A DNA stretch of 64,000 nucleotides from Spirulina sp. (lineage in GTDB: Bacteria > Cyanobacteriota > Cyanobacteriia > Phormidesmidales > Phormidesmidaceae), in assembly GCA_044070495.1 (NCBI GenBank), contig JBIPSI010000003.1, positions 173,894-237,893 on the forward strand. Direction: 5' to 3'. The position numbers and the translations under genes are program-made. Below, in pieces: positions 51,961-63,859 of the stretch (the first letter of the stretch is position 1; every line of letters starts with the position of its first letter). The notes beneath the pieces were generated by a model. It searched no databases. It was not told where the DNA came from and saw only the letters and a program-made list of their open reading frames with translations.

Positions 51961-52404
51961 ATGGCGGACAAAACCGAAGTGGCCGTGGCCATTTTGTACC
52001 AAGGGGATCACTTCTTGCTGCAACTGCGCGATGACATTCCCGGCATTCTCTACCCCGGCCATTGGGGCTTTTTTGGGGGCCACATGGAACCGGGGGAAGA
52101 CCCCCTCACAGCAATGCGGCGCGAACTGCTGGAGGAAATTGGCTATGTGCCGCCAGCGCTAGATTTGTTTCAGCGTACAGAGCTGGATCATGTGGTGCGC
52201 CATGTGTTCCACGGAGTTTTGCCCGTGGCTGTGGAGTCCCTCACCCTGATGGAGGGCTGGGATTTAGGGCTGTGGACGGTGGATGAAATTTGCCAGGGCC
52301 AGCGCTACTCTCAGCGGGCGGGGCAGGTGCGTCCGTTAGGGCTTCCTCACCAAGAAATTTTGCTCTCGTTTCTAGACCACCGTAGGATAGAACAGGCGAT
52401 GTGA
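51961..52404 (+). CDS. NUDIX hydrolase
   Basis: GGHMEPGEDPLTAMRRELLEEIG Nudix box. Confidence 0.92.
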   Translation: MADKTEVAVAILYQGDHFLLQLRDDIPGILYPGHWGFFGGHMEPGEDPLTAMRRELLEEIGYVPPALDLFQRTELDHVVRHVFHGVLPVAVESLTLMEGWDLGLWTVDEICQGQRYSQRAGQVRPLGLPHQEILLSFLDHRRIEQAM

Positions 52405-52417
52405 TCAGGCCCCTGGC

Positions 52418-54384
<1,967 letters not shown>

Positions 54385-54480
54385 CCCTAGCCTGGAACTA
54401 GCCAGAATGTAGCACCGTCTAGAGAGTCGTTTTAGATCGGCTCAGCTTGAGCATGGATCAGATCGGCATTAAGGGGTGAT

Positions 54481-54537
54481 GCCAAATCCGGCTTGCTGCC
54501 CCCCGGTATCCATGGGTGAGGAGACCTCAACCCTAGG
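54481..54537 (-). repeat. Long REP family copy 3 (degenerate)
   Basis: gccaaatccggcttgctgccccccggtatccatgggtgaggagacctc matches the reverse complement of 48037-48085. Confidence 0.72.
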
Positions 54538-54899
54538 GTTTTCCGGGTTAGGAAGCGGGTTTTTCTGATTCGGATTTGTATTCCCCATCGACCAGGGGGC
54601 AAGAAGGGAGGAAATCCCTCCATGAAATTCGGTTTAAACCGTCGATCTGACCAGGACAACGGGGAACATTCTGATCTACATTGAGGCGAAACAAACCCCC
54701 GATACCCCAGGCAAGGCGAATACCCCCAGCGGATGGCCCAATCCTCCGCCCACGGGTGGAATTATCCCCCTCAGGTGGCCAAGCCCCCCAACATTCGTTA
54801 ACCTGGTCAAAAATTGATGTTGCCAAGTGGGCATCCTTGTGTAAAATCGTGGGCAACATCGTCCGACCTATCGTGATTCAACTAAGGAGGTGATACAGA

Positions 54900-55091
54900 A
54901 TGCCCGTGAATGCGACCCCAAACTTGCTCCAATTCCTGAAAGACGATCTGGCGATTTCGTCGGCTTCGTTGCAGGTTGCCCTCAAGCACAGCGAACAGGA
55001 TCCCGGCCCCTTGCCGATGATCCTCTGGCAGTACGGTTTAGTCACCCTAGAGCAACTTGAGCAAATCTATGACTGGATGGAAGCCGCCTAA
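54900..55091 (+). CDS. DUF2949 family small protein
   Basis: LPMILWQYGLVTLEQL.QIYDW motif; strong SD AAGGAGG. Confidence 0.88.
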   Translation: MPVNATPNLLQFLKDDLAISSASLQVALKHSEQDPGPLPMILWQYGLVTLEQLEQIYDWMEAA

Positions 55092-55429
55092 GCGCCGCCT
55101 AGCCCCTCTAGGTCGGTTGTTAAAGGCGCAGTCTAGGCTGCGCCTTCGCTCATTCAAGGCTTTGATGCAGGGCGGTTGAGACAGATTCCTCAGCTAAAGT
55201 TTTGGGGTAAGGTCAGGGCAACGGATGGCCCTTGAGCACCAGAGTTGATCAGGCACTTTGGCTCTGGCTGCGAATGACTTTACAGGCTTTAAAGACTATT
55301 GTGTGATTTCCGTAAAATTACGGTCTCTTTGCGATGGGGTGCGGCCCTTTCATTAAGCTATAGTTAAGCGCTGACAGGGCGGCAGAGCACTTCAAGCTTA
55401 TACGTCAATGAGGCGTCTCCTGATGGGGT

Positions 55430-55459
55430 TCCCTCGGCCTGGGGCCGGGGGATTTTTTT
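55430..55459 (+). terminator. Intrinsic terminator oriented for a + strand transcript
   Basis: TCCCTCGGCC-TGG-GGCCGGGGGA followed by T7. Confidence 0.75.
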
Positions 55460-55461
55460 GC

Positions 55462-56346
55462 CTAGGCCACCTTCTGGGCGGCGGCAAGCAGGGGAAAACC
55501 CAGGGCTTCCCGCTGTTCAAGATACAGTTGGGCCACCCGACGGGCCAGGGCGCGGACTTGGCGAATGTAGCGGGTGCGTTCCGTCACGGAGATCACCCCC
55601 CGCGCATCCAGCAGGTTGAAGGTGTGGGAACACTTGAGCACATAGTCGTAGCTGGGCAGCACCAGGCCGCGATCCATCAGTTGCTCGGCTTCTTTTTGGT
55701 ACAGCTCAAACCGCTGAAACAGCAGTTCGGGGTCGGAGGCTTCAAAGTTGTAGGTGGAGTTTTCGATCTCCGCCTGCATGTAGATATCGCCGTAGGTGAG
55801 CTGGTCGTTCCACTGGATTTTGGCAATGGCGTCCACCTCTTGCAGATACATGGTGAGCCGTTCTAGGCCGTAGGTCAGCTCGATGGACACGGGCCGACAG
55901 TCGATGCCGCCGCACTGTTGAAAGTAGGTGAACTGGGTGATTTCCATGCCGTCGAGCCAGACTTCCCAGCCCACGCCCCAAGCACCCACGGCGGCGTCTT
56001 CCCAGTTGTCTTCCACAAAGCGAATATCGTGGTCTTCGGGTTTAATGCCCAGCGCCCGCAGCGACTCAATATAGGTTTCCTGAATATTGTCTGGCGAGGG
56101 CTTAATCAACACCTGGTACTGAAAATAGTGCTGATAGCGGTTGGGGTTTTCGCCATAGCGACCGTCCGCCGGACGACGACAGGGTTCGGCATAGGCCACC
56201 GCCCAGGGTTCTGGCCCCAAAGCCCGCAAAAACGTGTGGGGGCTTTTGGTGCCTGCGCCCTTTTCGGTGTCGTAGGGTTGCACAATCACGCAGCCCTGTT
56301 TGGCCCAAAAGTCGTTCAGCGTGGCGATGACAGACTGAAAATTCAC
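55462..56346 (-). CDS. glyQ: Glycine-tRNA ligase alpha subunit
   Basis: [30 protein letters not shown] and TYGLERL motifs; GTG start. Confidence 0.97.
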   Translation of the reverse strand: MNFQSVIATLNDFWAKQGCVIVQPYDTEKGAGTKSPHTFLRALGPEPWAVAYAEPCRRPADGRYGENPNRYQHYFQYQVLIKPSPDNIQETYIESLRALGIKPEDHDIRFVEDNWEDAAVGAWGVGWEVWLDGMEITQFTYFQQCGGIDCRPVSIELTYGLERLTMYLQEVDAIAKIQWNDQLTYGDIYMQAEIENSTYNFEASDPELLFQRFELYQKEAEQLMDRGLVLPSYDYVLKCSHTFNLLDARGVISVTERTRYIRQVRALARRVAQLYLEQREALGFPLLAAAQKVA

Positions 56347-56461
56347 GGTGTTTCCCCCATCCAATGTTTCCCTATCCAAACGGCCTAGCCCGCGACAGCA
56401 CGATGCTCAGCCGCGTTAAGGCGCTAGGGTTTTATTGTCCCCTAAATGTTGGCTAAACCGT

Positions 56462-56659
56462 CTAGAAGCCAAGCCAGGTAAAGAAGGTTTGGTGGGTCAC
56501 CAGTTCCAGCACCAGCAGGGCCACAAACCCCACCATGGCGAAGCGGCCATTGATGCGTTCGGCGTAGGTTGTCCAGCCAAAGCCGGGGGCATCGGCGGCG
56601 GGGCTGGGGGCATCGGCGGCGGTCGATTTCGCTTCAGCGTCGGGGGCAGGGGTCGTCAT
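56462..56659 (-). CDS. hli: High-light-inducible protein (Hli/SCP)
   Basis: AERINGRFAMVGF chlorophyll-binding motif. Confidence 0.93.
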   Translation of the reverse strand: MTTPAPDAEAKSTAADAPSPAADAPGFGWTTYAERINGRFAMVGFVALLVLELVTHQTFFTWLGF

Positions 56660-56708
56660 GGTTAAGAACAGTGAAGGCCAGAGGCTATTGTAAACCTTTC
56701 CGCCTGCC

Positions 56709-57893
56709 TTAGGATTCGGCCAAAAAACGCCCTGGGCTGAGCGCCCTCAGCAGGTCATCGGGTTGGCTAACGGCGGCCTGGGCAAAGCGCTGGGCAATGG
56801 GAGGCAGATATACAAACGGCCCATTGAAGCCCGCCATCAGGTCAATCCCCTCTAGCCCAGGGAGGGATCCGACCAGGGGGAGACCATCGCGACTAAAGCT
56901 GACGGGGCAGCGGTGCCAGTAACCCGGTAGCGTGCTTAGCTTGGGCGCAATGCTCGCCAGGGCAGATCGCAGTCGTTGGATGCTGGTGATGGTATCGGCG
57001 GGGCCATCGAGATCGGTCACGGTACGGCTAATTTGGCCGAGGCACAGGTGTCCATCGCGGAACTGCACTGCGCCCCCGTCAATGATCGATGGGGTGACTT
57101 CGTGGCCCGGTTCGTCCCAGAGGTCATCCACTTCGGGGCGGCTGGCCTGGGCCTCTAGCTCAAAGCGCTGGGTCACCGCTGGCATCACCAGGGCGCGCAG
57201 TTGGATCTCCGGGGTGGGTCGGGTTTCGATCAGTTCGGCCTGGGTGTAGTAGAGGGGGATTTTTAGGTCAATGGTGCTGAGGAGGGCGCGGGTGAAGGCC
57301 CCAGAGGCCAGCAGCACCCGATGGGCCGGATAGGCTTGCTCGGTGGTGAGGATCCCTGTAACTCGGTTTTTGATCCGCGCTAGCCCCGTGACCTGGGCCA
57401 CCATCCGGGTGCCCCCTAGCCGATGGAAGGCTTGGTTATAGGCGGACACCACCGCCGTCGGGGAGACATGGCCGTGGCGCACCGTAAAGGCTCCGGCCAC
57501 TGTGGGGCCAGTCAGCAGCGGTTCGAGATCCTGGGCCTCGGCGCGGCTAATGAACTGGGGTGGCGTGGCGTACTGGGCGTAGTCGGCGGCTAGGGCCTGG
57601 GGATCGTCATCGGGGGCCACCGTCAGCAGCAGGTCTAGTTCTCGAAACTGGGTATCCGCCCCTAGTTCCTCCGAAAGCTGGTGATGTTTGGCCAAGCCCT
57701 CCTGGCAGAGGGTGTGGGTGAGGGGGCAGGTGCCCGCCCAGTAGGGAATGCCGCCGTAGCTGTAGCGGGTGGCGCTGTCGGGGTCTAGGGTTTTGTCTAC
57801 CAACAGCACCGATAGCCCCTGGCGGGCCAGTTCATAGCTGGCGGCGGCACCAACAAGGCCGTTACCCACCACAATCCAATCAAAGGTTTGCAT
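56709..57893 (-). CDS. FAD-dependent oxidoreductase (DAO/glycine oxidase-like)
   Basis: VVGNGLVG..A.YELA and DGLPLVG motifs. Confidence 0.88.
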   Translation of the reverse strand: MQTFDWIVVGNGLVGAAASYELARQGLSVLLVDKTLDPDSATRYSYGGIPYWAGTCPLTHTLCQEGLAKHHQLSEELGADTQFRELDLLLTVAPDDDPQALAADYAQYATPPQFISRAEAQDLEPLLTGPTVAGAFTVRHGHVSPTAVVSAYNQAFHRLGGTRMVAQVTGLARIKNRVTGILTTEQAYPAHRVLLASGAFTRALLSTIDLKIPLYYTQAELIETRPTPEIQLRALVMPAVTQRFELEAQASRPEVDDLWDEPGHEVTPSIIDGGAVQFRDGHLCLGQISRTVTDLDGPADTITSIQRLRSALASIAPKLSTLPGYWHRCPVSFSRDGLPLVGSLPGLEGIDLMAGFNGPFVYLPPIAQRFAQAAVSQPDDLLRALSPGRFLAES

Positions 57894-57955
57894 AGTTAGA
57901 GGTGTCGAGGAATGGCGGGATCGGCCCAGAGTCTACCCCAGAGGGTGAGATAGGG

Positions 57956-58612
57956 CTAGGCGTGAATTTGGCTGAGAATTTGACGCAGACGGTCGTAATC
58001 GTCCTTAAGGAGCGTGCTGAGGGTGCGACCTGCCTGCACCAACCAAGCTCGATCCAGGTTGCGGATTTGATAGCCCTGACGCACCACCGCCGCCACCAGG
58101 CTATCCACCGGGGCTTGGCTGAGACCCAACAGAGGCCGCAGAAAATCCAGATTATCCGTAAATTCCATCACCGCCTTGGCCGGACAGCGATAGACCGCCT
58201 GATGCACCTGGGGCGGTCGGGGTGGCAGGTATTGAAAAATTGGCCCGGTGGGTTCTCCCGCCAAATTGGGAGTCCGAAATCCCATAATCGCCACCCGAAA
58301 CTCGGTTTTCAGCATGGCGAAAATCTGGGGTTGCTGTTCCCGCAACTCATCCAGGGAGAGCCCCAAGGCCCTAGCCCGATGCACCGAATCGATGGGGCTG
58401 GTGGTGGCGTGGTACACCACACCGTAGATCTGATTGCGCGACTCCTCGTCCTGGGAAATCACCCAACTGCCAAACTCCGGCATCACCGGAAAGCTCAGGC
58501 CATCGGGATCGAGGCACTGGGCCAAAAATTCGGTGGTGGAGGTTTCGATTACCTCCGCTAAATGATCCGGCGGGCGAGCAGCCTGGGCTGAGGAGGGCAG
58601 GGGCAAACGCAT
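57956..58612 (-). CDS. Stand-alone HAS-barrel domain protein
   Basis: AEVIET.TTEF.AQC, P.FGSWV and YLPPRPPQVH motifs. Confidence 0.8.
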   Translation of the reverse strand: MRLPLPSSAQAARPPDHLAEVIETSTTEFLAQCLDPDGLSFPVMPEFGSWVISQDEESRNQIYGVVYHATTSPIDSVHRARALGLSLDELREQQPQIFAMLKTEFRVAIMGFRTPNLAGEPTGPIFQYLPPRPPQVHQAVYRCPAKAVMEFTDNLDFLRPLLGLSQAPVDSLVAAVVRQGYQIRNLDRAWLVQAGRTLSTLLKDDYDRLRQILSQIHA

Positions 58613-58617
58613 GGGAA

Positions 58618-58806
58618 TTAGCCGCGCCGCTGGCCAGGGTTAACGGGGGCCAGTTCGTCGAGGTTGAAGGTCACCAGCTTATCCCAGTTGCCACCTTCAA
58701 ACAGTACGGCCACCTTGCCATCGGTGATGCGCTGCACCAGGCCCTGAAAGCCGTAGTAGGTATCGTTGACATTGGTCACTGTAACGGGGGCACCGGGGAA
58801 AATCAT
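58618..58806 (-). CDS. ndhS: NDH-1 subunit S
   Basis: PG..V.V....[31 protein letters not shown] signature. Confidence 0.93.
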   Translation of the reverse strand: MIFPGAPVTVTNVNDTYYGFQGLVQRITDGKVAVLFEGGNWDKLVTFNLDELAPVNPGQRRG

Positions 58807-58923
58807 GGCAACCTGTCCTCAATCCTGCGTGATGTCTTGCGATGGTGATGTTTCTCAGTCTAAGCCATCCTCCCGATCTAGGATACGGGGGTCGCAGACC
58901 TAACCCTTGAGGGAGCAGGATTT

Positions 58924-59622
58924 CTACGCTGCCGCCCCGCGCTGTTGCAGGATGAATTCCGCCAGGGCCAAGTCTACGGGGGTGGTCACTTTGAGGTTGG
59001 TTTCCTCCCCCGATACGATGTGAACGGGCAGACCGCACTGCTCAAATAGAGCGGCATCGTCGGTGACGGCCCAGCCCTGGCGGCGGCCCTCCTCGTGGCA
59101 TTGTTTCAGCAGGGCGACGTCAAAGCCCTGGGGGGTTTGGGCGGCCCAGAGGTGCTGACGGTCGGGGGTGGCGGTAATTTGTTGGTCGGCGTTGACCACT
59201 TTGATGGTGTCCTTCACTGGAATAGCCGCAATCAGACCCTTGTAGCGATCTAGGGCCGTGGCGCAGCGGTCAAACAGATCCGGGGTGGCCAAACAGCGAG
59301 CACCGTCGTGAATGAGCACCTGGGTGGCGTCCTCCGGCAACCCTTGCAGGCCGTTGTAGACCGACTCTTGGCGGGTGTCGCCTCCCGGCAAAAAGACCAC
59401 GGGCTTACGGAGTTCTAGGGTGTCGATGACCGCCTGTAATGGGGGCTGATCGTGGGGCTGGCAGATTAGCCCCATCCAGACCACCGATTCGGCCTCCTCA
59501 GCGGCCCGCAACGTCCAGGCAATTAGCGGTTGGCCCAGCAGGTGCAGCAACACTTTATTGCGGTTGGCCCCCATGCGGCGACCCGTGCCAGCGGCGGGGA
59601 TGAGGAGGTGAACGGCGGTCAT
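58924..59622 (-). CDS. ispD: 2-C-methyl-D-erythritol 4-phosphate cytidylyltransferase
   Basis: PAAGTGRRMG, TRQESV, IHDGAR, QTPQGF and NLKVTT motifs. Confidence 0.96.
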   Translation of the reverse strand: MTAVHLLIPAAGTGRRMGANRNKVLLHLLGQPLIAWTLRAAEEAESVVWMGLICQPHDQPPLQAVIDTLELRKPVVFLPGGDTRQESVYNGLQGLPEDATQVLIHDGARCLATPDLFDRCATALDRYKGLIAAIPVKDTIKVVNADQQITATPDRQHLWAAQTPQGFDVALLKQCHEEGRRQGWAVTDDAALFEQCGLPVHIVSGEETNLKVTTPVDLALAEFILQQRGAAA

Positions 59623-59761
59623 AGGTTTCAGACGTGCGGTGCAGGTGGGGCCATGAAAAATTGCGACGGAGAAGAAATTTAATCCCCGTTGTTGCTTAGA
59701 TTCCACTTAATCGCGGCCAGGTTCCACTACAATAGCTTGCGAACAGGCATGGACGTAAATT

Positions 59762-60694
59762 ATGCGGGTATTGGCTCTGGTTCCGGGGGGGATAGAACGC
59801 CAACTGGAGTTCTTTCCTGTGCTGCGGGAGATTAAAGAAGCTTTTAAGGCTGCCGACCTTGCCGTGGTCGTTGATCCGGAAGCAAAGGACATTTACCAAC
59901 TGTCGAAGGTGGTGGATGAGGTGGTGCCCTACAGCTTTCAGGCTAGCAACAGCCCCGCCGACTGGGCCAACCTGCTGGGCATCCTGCGAGATCGGGAGTT
60001 TGAGGCCGTCATTACCCTCACCGAATCCTGGTCTATTGGTCTGCTGCTGTGGCTGAGCGGCATTCCCACCCGTATTGGCTACGGTGGCGGCAGCAATGCC
60101 TGGTTCCTCACTACCGCCATTCCCCGATCCAGCGTCCCCGCCGAGGACGATGCCGCCATCCTAAAAGCCCTCAACGTCAAGGCCACCCTAGCCCCGCCCA
60201 GCCTCAATGTTCCCCAGGCCGACCTTAAAACCGTGGATGCCTTGCGTCAGGCCGCTAAGCTTCAGGGGGGCTACGTTGCGATTTACCCAGGCACCTCCCC
60301 CGATGGCGATGCCTACCCCACAGACCAGTGGGTCACGATTCTTAAAGATTTTCAGCAGCGCCAGCCCGATCTGCCCCTCGTGCTGCTTCAAACCGCCGAT
60401 ACGGTGGCCAGCAATGCCGCCCTCCGCCAAGCCCTACCCGGCCTAACGGTTCTAGAGCCAGAAACCATGGGCCAACTGGCGGCCCTCATTGCCGGGGCCA
60501 ATTTGCTGGTAGCTGTCCAGGGGTATCCGGTGGCCTTAGCCGCAGCCCTAGGGGTCTACACCGTGGGCCTCAGTGCGGCCCCCATGGCCACCCCCGCTGG
60601 TGGAGCAGATCGTTTTGTCAACGTGCCCTCTGGCACCGGAAAACTCGCGGATCTCGCGCCCGATACCGTACTCAGCACCATCTGGAAAGGTTAG
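59762..60694 (+). CDS. Glycosyltransferase family 9 protein (degenerate motifs)
   Basis: MR.LALVPGGI start, LLWLSGIP.RIGY and LAALIAGANL motifs. Confidence 0.8.
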   Translation: MRVLALVPGGIERQLEFFPVLREIKEAFKAADLAVVVDPEAKDIYQLSKVVDEVVPYSFQASNSPADWANLLGILRDREFEAVITLTESWSIGLLLWLSGIPTRIGYGGGSNAWFLTTAIPRSSVPAEDDAAILKALNVKATLAPPSLNVPQADLKTVDALRQAAKLQGGYVAIYPGTSPDGDAYPTDQWVTILKDFQQRQPDLPLVLLQTADTVASNAALRQALPGLTVLEPETMGQLAALIAGANLLVAVQGYPVALAAALGVYTVGLSAAPMATPAGGADRFVNVPSGTGKLADLAPDTVLSTIWKG

Positions 60695-60891
60695 AGCCTC
60701 CCTAGGTCAGAACCTCCTAGGCGTCGGTAAACAAGGGGTTTAGCTAGCCGCGAGGAATAGGTGGAGCGGTTAGCCCACGGTTAAGGGGAATCATTTTTCT
60801 TAGGGCCTTCCCTCGGTTAGAGTAGTTTGGTTATTCTGCCTCAGCGGCTATCACTGCTATCAATAATCGACCTTTAGGAGGACTGTCCTCG

Positions 60892-61398
60892 ATGGATAAG
60901 ATTAAAGAACAGGCCAATGTCGTCAGCCAACTGGTCTTTTCCGGCGACACGGGCGAAATTTACAAAAAAATGTTTAACCGCACCTGGGAGATCCTGCGGG
61001 AGGCCGGGGTTCTGGTCTGGCTAGTGGTTTGTCTCACCTTTGTGGGGGGCGAATGGTTCTATCGCAATTCCGTCAGCCTAGGACGCAGCACCCGTGTTTG
61101 GTACACCAACTTCAGTACCAAAAGTGCCGAGGCCGAAGCCCCTTCCATGGAAGCCACCGGCGAAGCCCTGCTGGGAAGCTTGAAATCCGGCACCGCTTAC
61201 CTGCTCAGCCAAGCTCGTCAACAATTGGGCCTACCTGAGCCAGAACCCACCGCGCCTCCGGTGGCCTCCGCCCCCAAGCCCGTGGCATCCCAACCTCCCG
61301 CTCCTCCTGCCCCTCCTGCTCCTCCCGTGGTTGAGCCACCCGCAACCCCCTTCACTCCCCCCGCTGCCCCCGCCGCTGCGGATGAGGACGATCTCTAG
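60892..61398 (+). CDS. Hypothetical membrane protein with Pro-rich tail
   Basis: SD AGGAGG, one TM helix, P/A-rich C-terminus. Confidence 0.78.
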   Translation: MDKIKEQANVVSQLVFSGDTGEIYKKMFNRTWEILREAGVLVWLVVCLTFVGGEWFYRNSVSLGRSTRVWYTNFSTKSAEAEAPSMEATGEALLGSLKSGTAYLLSQARQQLGLPEPEPTAPPVASAPKPVASQPPAPPAPPAPPVVEPPATPFTPPAAPAAADEDDL

Positions 61399-61636
61399 AT
61401 CCCTAGGATTGCGGTCTAGGATTGAGTTTGGTCGGGCAGAGCATCATGATCTCAGTCGTCCAGACCGCTCAAGCCGTTCAATAGCTTCGATATTGGCGTC
61501 AGATAGCCTCAAGATTGAGTACCAGAGGCCATCTGACGGCTTTTTGTATGGGGATGGCGAATCCTTGTTGCCCCATCATCCTCAATCATCAGCGTCTAAG
61601 ATGGGGGCAAAACACAATCTTTCAGGAGTTCTACCC

Positions 61637-62239
61637 ATGACCATGATGCCTTGGCGCTGGAGTGCCCTTGCCCTGTTACTGGCCACTGTGGGATGTCAGG
61701 CTACGCCCCCCGCCGCCCAAACCTCCAGTGACGATGTCATGGAGACCACTTTGCCCCCTGAGGGAGAAATCCTACAGGCGGCCCTAGCTGAGGCCGAAGC
61801 CTCGGACTGGTGTGACGGCTTTTTTGAACCGGAGGTAGCCGCCTCGTCATCCCAGGTTTACGTTGTGGGAGATCGGGCGTTGGTAGAAGTGTTGTGCGCC
61901 AATGCCGCCTACCAATCCGTCTACGCCTATGCCGCGATGTCGCCCGATGGCACCCTACAACCGCTGACCCTGGATATGTTTTACCCCGACGATGGGGGCA
62001 ACTTTCAGCGGGTGAGCGAACCCACCGTGGGCGGTTTGGCCGATTTCGACGCCACCCAGGGCCAGTTGACCATCTTTAGCAAAGCCCGTGGGTTAGGAGA
62101 CTGCGGCTCCCTTGCCACCTATCGCTGGACGGGCCAAGCCCTGGATCTAGAAACCTACCGCTACCAAACCTGCAACGACGATCCCAACTCCCCCCAAACC
62201 GCCCCCGATCCAGCAAACTTTCCCCAAATTTATCCCTAA
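61637..62239 (+). CDS. DUF1176-like lipoprotein
   Basis: VGC lipobox; C..AAYQ and KARGLGDCG...Y.W motifs; SD CAGGAG. Confidence 0.78.
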   Translation: MTMMPWRWSALALLLATVGCQATPPAAQTSSDDVMETTLPPEGEILQAALAEAEASDWCDGFFEPEVAASSSQVYVVGDRALVEVLCANAAYQSVYAYAAMSPDGTLQPLTLDMFYPDDGGNFQRVSEPTVGGLADFDATQGQLTIFSKARGLGDCGSLATYRWTGQALDLETYRYQTCNDDPNSPQTAPDPANFPQIYP

Positions 62240-62242
62240 GCC

Positions 62243-62263
62243 GTAGGGTGGGCACTGCCCACC
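62243..62263 (+). repeat. GTAG REP upstream of RAYT
   Basis: GTAGGGTGGGCACTGCCCACC hairpin. Confidence 0.85.
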
Positions 62264-62371
62264 ATCCCACCCAATCGGGAACACTAACTAAAACGCCGTT
62301 CCCTACCCCCAATGCCCGACTATCGACGCGCCCATACATCGGGCGGTGCCATCGTTCTCACCCTGGTTACC

Positions 62372-62519
62372 CTGATTGCCTGACACATTTCCAAGGTAGG
62401 TTGGGTGCAGCGAAGCGGAACCCAACACTCGCCGAGGACTTCGGGCTTGTTGGGTTCTGCTATCGCGCCACCCAACCTACGAGAGATCAAGGCTTTTCGG
62501 CATTGTGTCAGTCAGTCAG
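62372..62519 (+). mobile_element. MITE (148 bp) with IS4/IS50-like TIRs, 9-bp TSD and internal REP doublet
   Basis: CTGATTGCCTGACACA / TGTGTCAGTCAGTCAG; CTGGTTACC duplicated at 62363-62371 and 62520-62528. Confidence 0.93.
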
Positions 62520-62865
62520 CTGGTTACCTTTAATCGCAGGCCAATTTTTGCAGAACCGGACAACGTAAAACGCCTTCGCAGGGCTATAGCTACCGTCAAA
62601 GCTGAAATGCCCTTTGAGATTACGGCAGCAGCCGTGCTTCCTGACCATCTTCATTTTGTCTGGACTTTGCCCCAAAACGATGCCAACTACTCCAAGCGAG
62701 TTGGACGGCTGAAGGTGTTGTTTACCCGATCACTCAAGGGCAATGGTGCGCTACCGCAGGATGTTTGTCTCTCTCGCCAAAGGCAGCGGGAAAGCGATGT
62801 ATGGCAACGACGATTTTGGGAACACACCATTCGCGATGAGGCGGATTGGGTGGGGCACATCAATT

Positions 62866-62959
62866 ATTTGCATTACAACCCGGTGAAGCATGGCTTGGTA
62901 AAGTGCCCCTATATTTGCATTACAACCCGGTGAAGCATGGCTTGGTAAAGTGCCCCTAT
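62866..62959 (+). repeat. Perfect 47-bp tandem duplication causing a frameshift
   Basis: ATTTGCATTACAACCCGGTGAAGCATGGCTTGGTAAAGTGCCCCTAT occurs twice. Confidence 0.95.
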
Positions 62960-63094
62960 CAGTGGGAGTTTTCGAGTTTTCGGCGGTTTGTCAGGGATGG
63001 GTTTTATGGGGAGGATTGGGGATGCTGTTGTGGAGGGAAGGAGGCTGTGGTTGAGTTTGAGGGGGAGGGGTTGGTGGTGGGTGAGTAGGGTGGT

Positions 63095-63115
63095 GGTGGG
63101 CGGTGTCTACCCTAC
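63095..63115 (-). repeat. GTAG REP downstream of RAYT (inverted)
   Basis: Reverse strand reads GTAGGGTAGACACCGCCCACC. Confidence 0.8.
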
Positions 63116-63705
63116 TGGCTCTAAATTTCTTTAAAGTTTCAAGTGCAGTTTTAAGGGTTCATATTGGCCATCGCGGCACTGGTCTCTTAAAGTTGGATCA
63201 CTGGTTTTTCGTCGCCTGTGATCCTTGAGTAGCAACCCTTCTAGAAGCCATCCTACCTTAACAAGCCAGTGCCGCCATCGCTCTTTAAATTTCGTGTAAA
63301 AGAATAATAGTTAGCCCCCAATCCCTGGAGACATTGGCTTAACTTAGAGTTGTAGGGCCAGAGCATTTACCATTGCAAGGGTCTAGATAATCAGGGCATG
63401 AGCGACGTATCACATGTCAGACTGAAGACATGTATGCACACCCTTATTTGACACCCCACACCAGAAGCATCTCACCAATTCTGAATTTTCAATCCCTCGC
63501 CAGAGCATCTGCTTTTGCAGATCTGTAAGGTGCTTGGTGTTTTCTCTTGCAGCACGGACTACACCGGGCTGTGAAAGATTGCTATACACCAACGGACGAT
63601 GGAAATTTGCAAGACCCAGTGGCATCGTCCAGCGAGATACCAGCCAACGTAGGGTGCCTGCCAGATCGATTACAAACCCCGAAATACTTTAAGGAGTTAA
63701 TTTCA

Positions 63706-63859
63706 ATGATGAAATCATTGACAAAATCTAACCTGGCTAGCCGTGTTATGTCGGCTTCTAAAGTAGCTATGACGGCGGCTACCGTAGCTGTGGCCAGCGT
63801 GGCCTTTGCTTCGGTGGCTGAAGCAGCCCAATTCACCATCAACTACCAAGGTAACGACC
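63706..63859 (+). pseudogene. 5' part of a secreted (possibly PEP-CTERM-type) protein gene interrupted by an IS
   Basis: SD AAGGAG; signal peptide ending AEA^AQF; frame runs into the IS end and stops. Confidence 0.65.

Larger units (their letters stand above)
62312..63088 (+). pseudogene. REP-associated tyrosine transposase (RAYT/TnpA-REP), disrupted
   Basis: Reconstructs to MPDYRR..TLVT..PDHLH (HUH)..WQRRFWEHTIRD..YLHYNPVKHG..WEFSS; broken by a MITE and a 47-bp duplication. Confidence 0.92.

Noticed and set aside
62866..62959. Direct repeats as a possible CRISPR array
   Set aside because: There is no spacer, only two copies, inside a coding sequence; no cas genes or arrays were seen in the window.
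62372..62959. Programmed frameshift or compensation restoring RAYT
   Set aside because: An in-frame TGA occurs four codons into the MITE, and a second stop follows the duplication.
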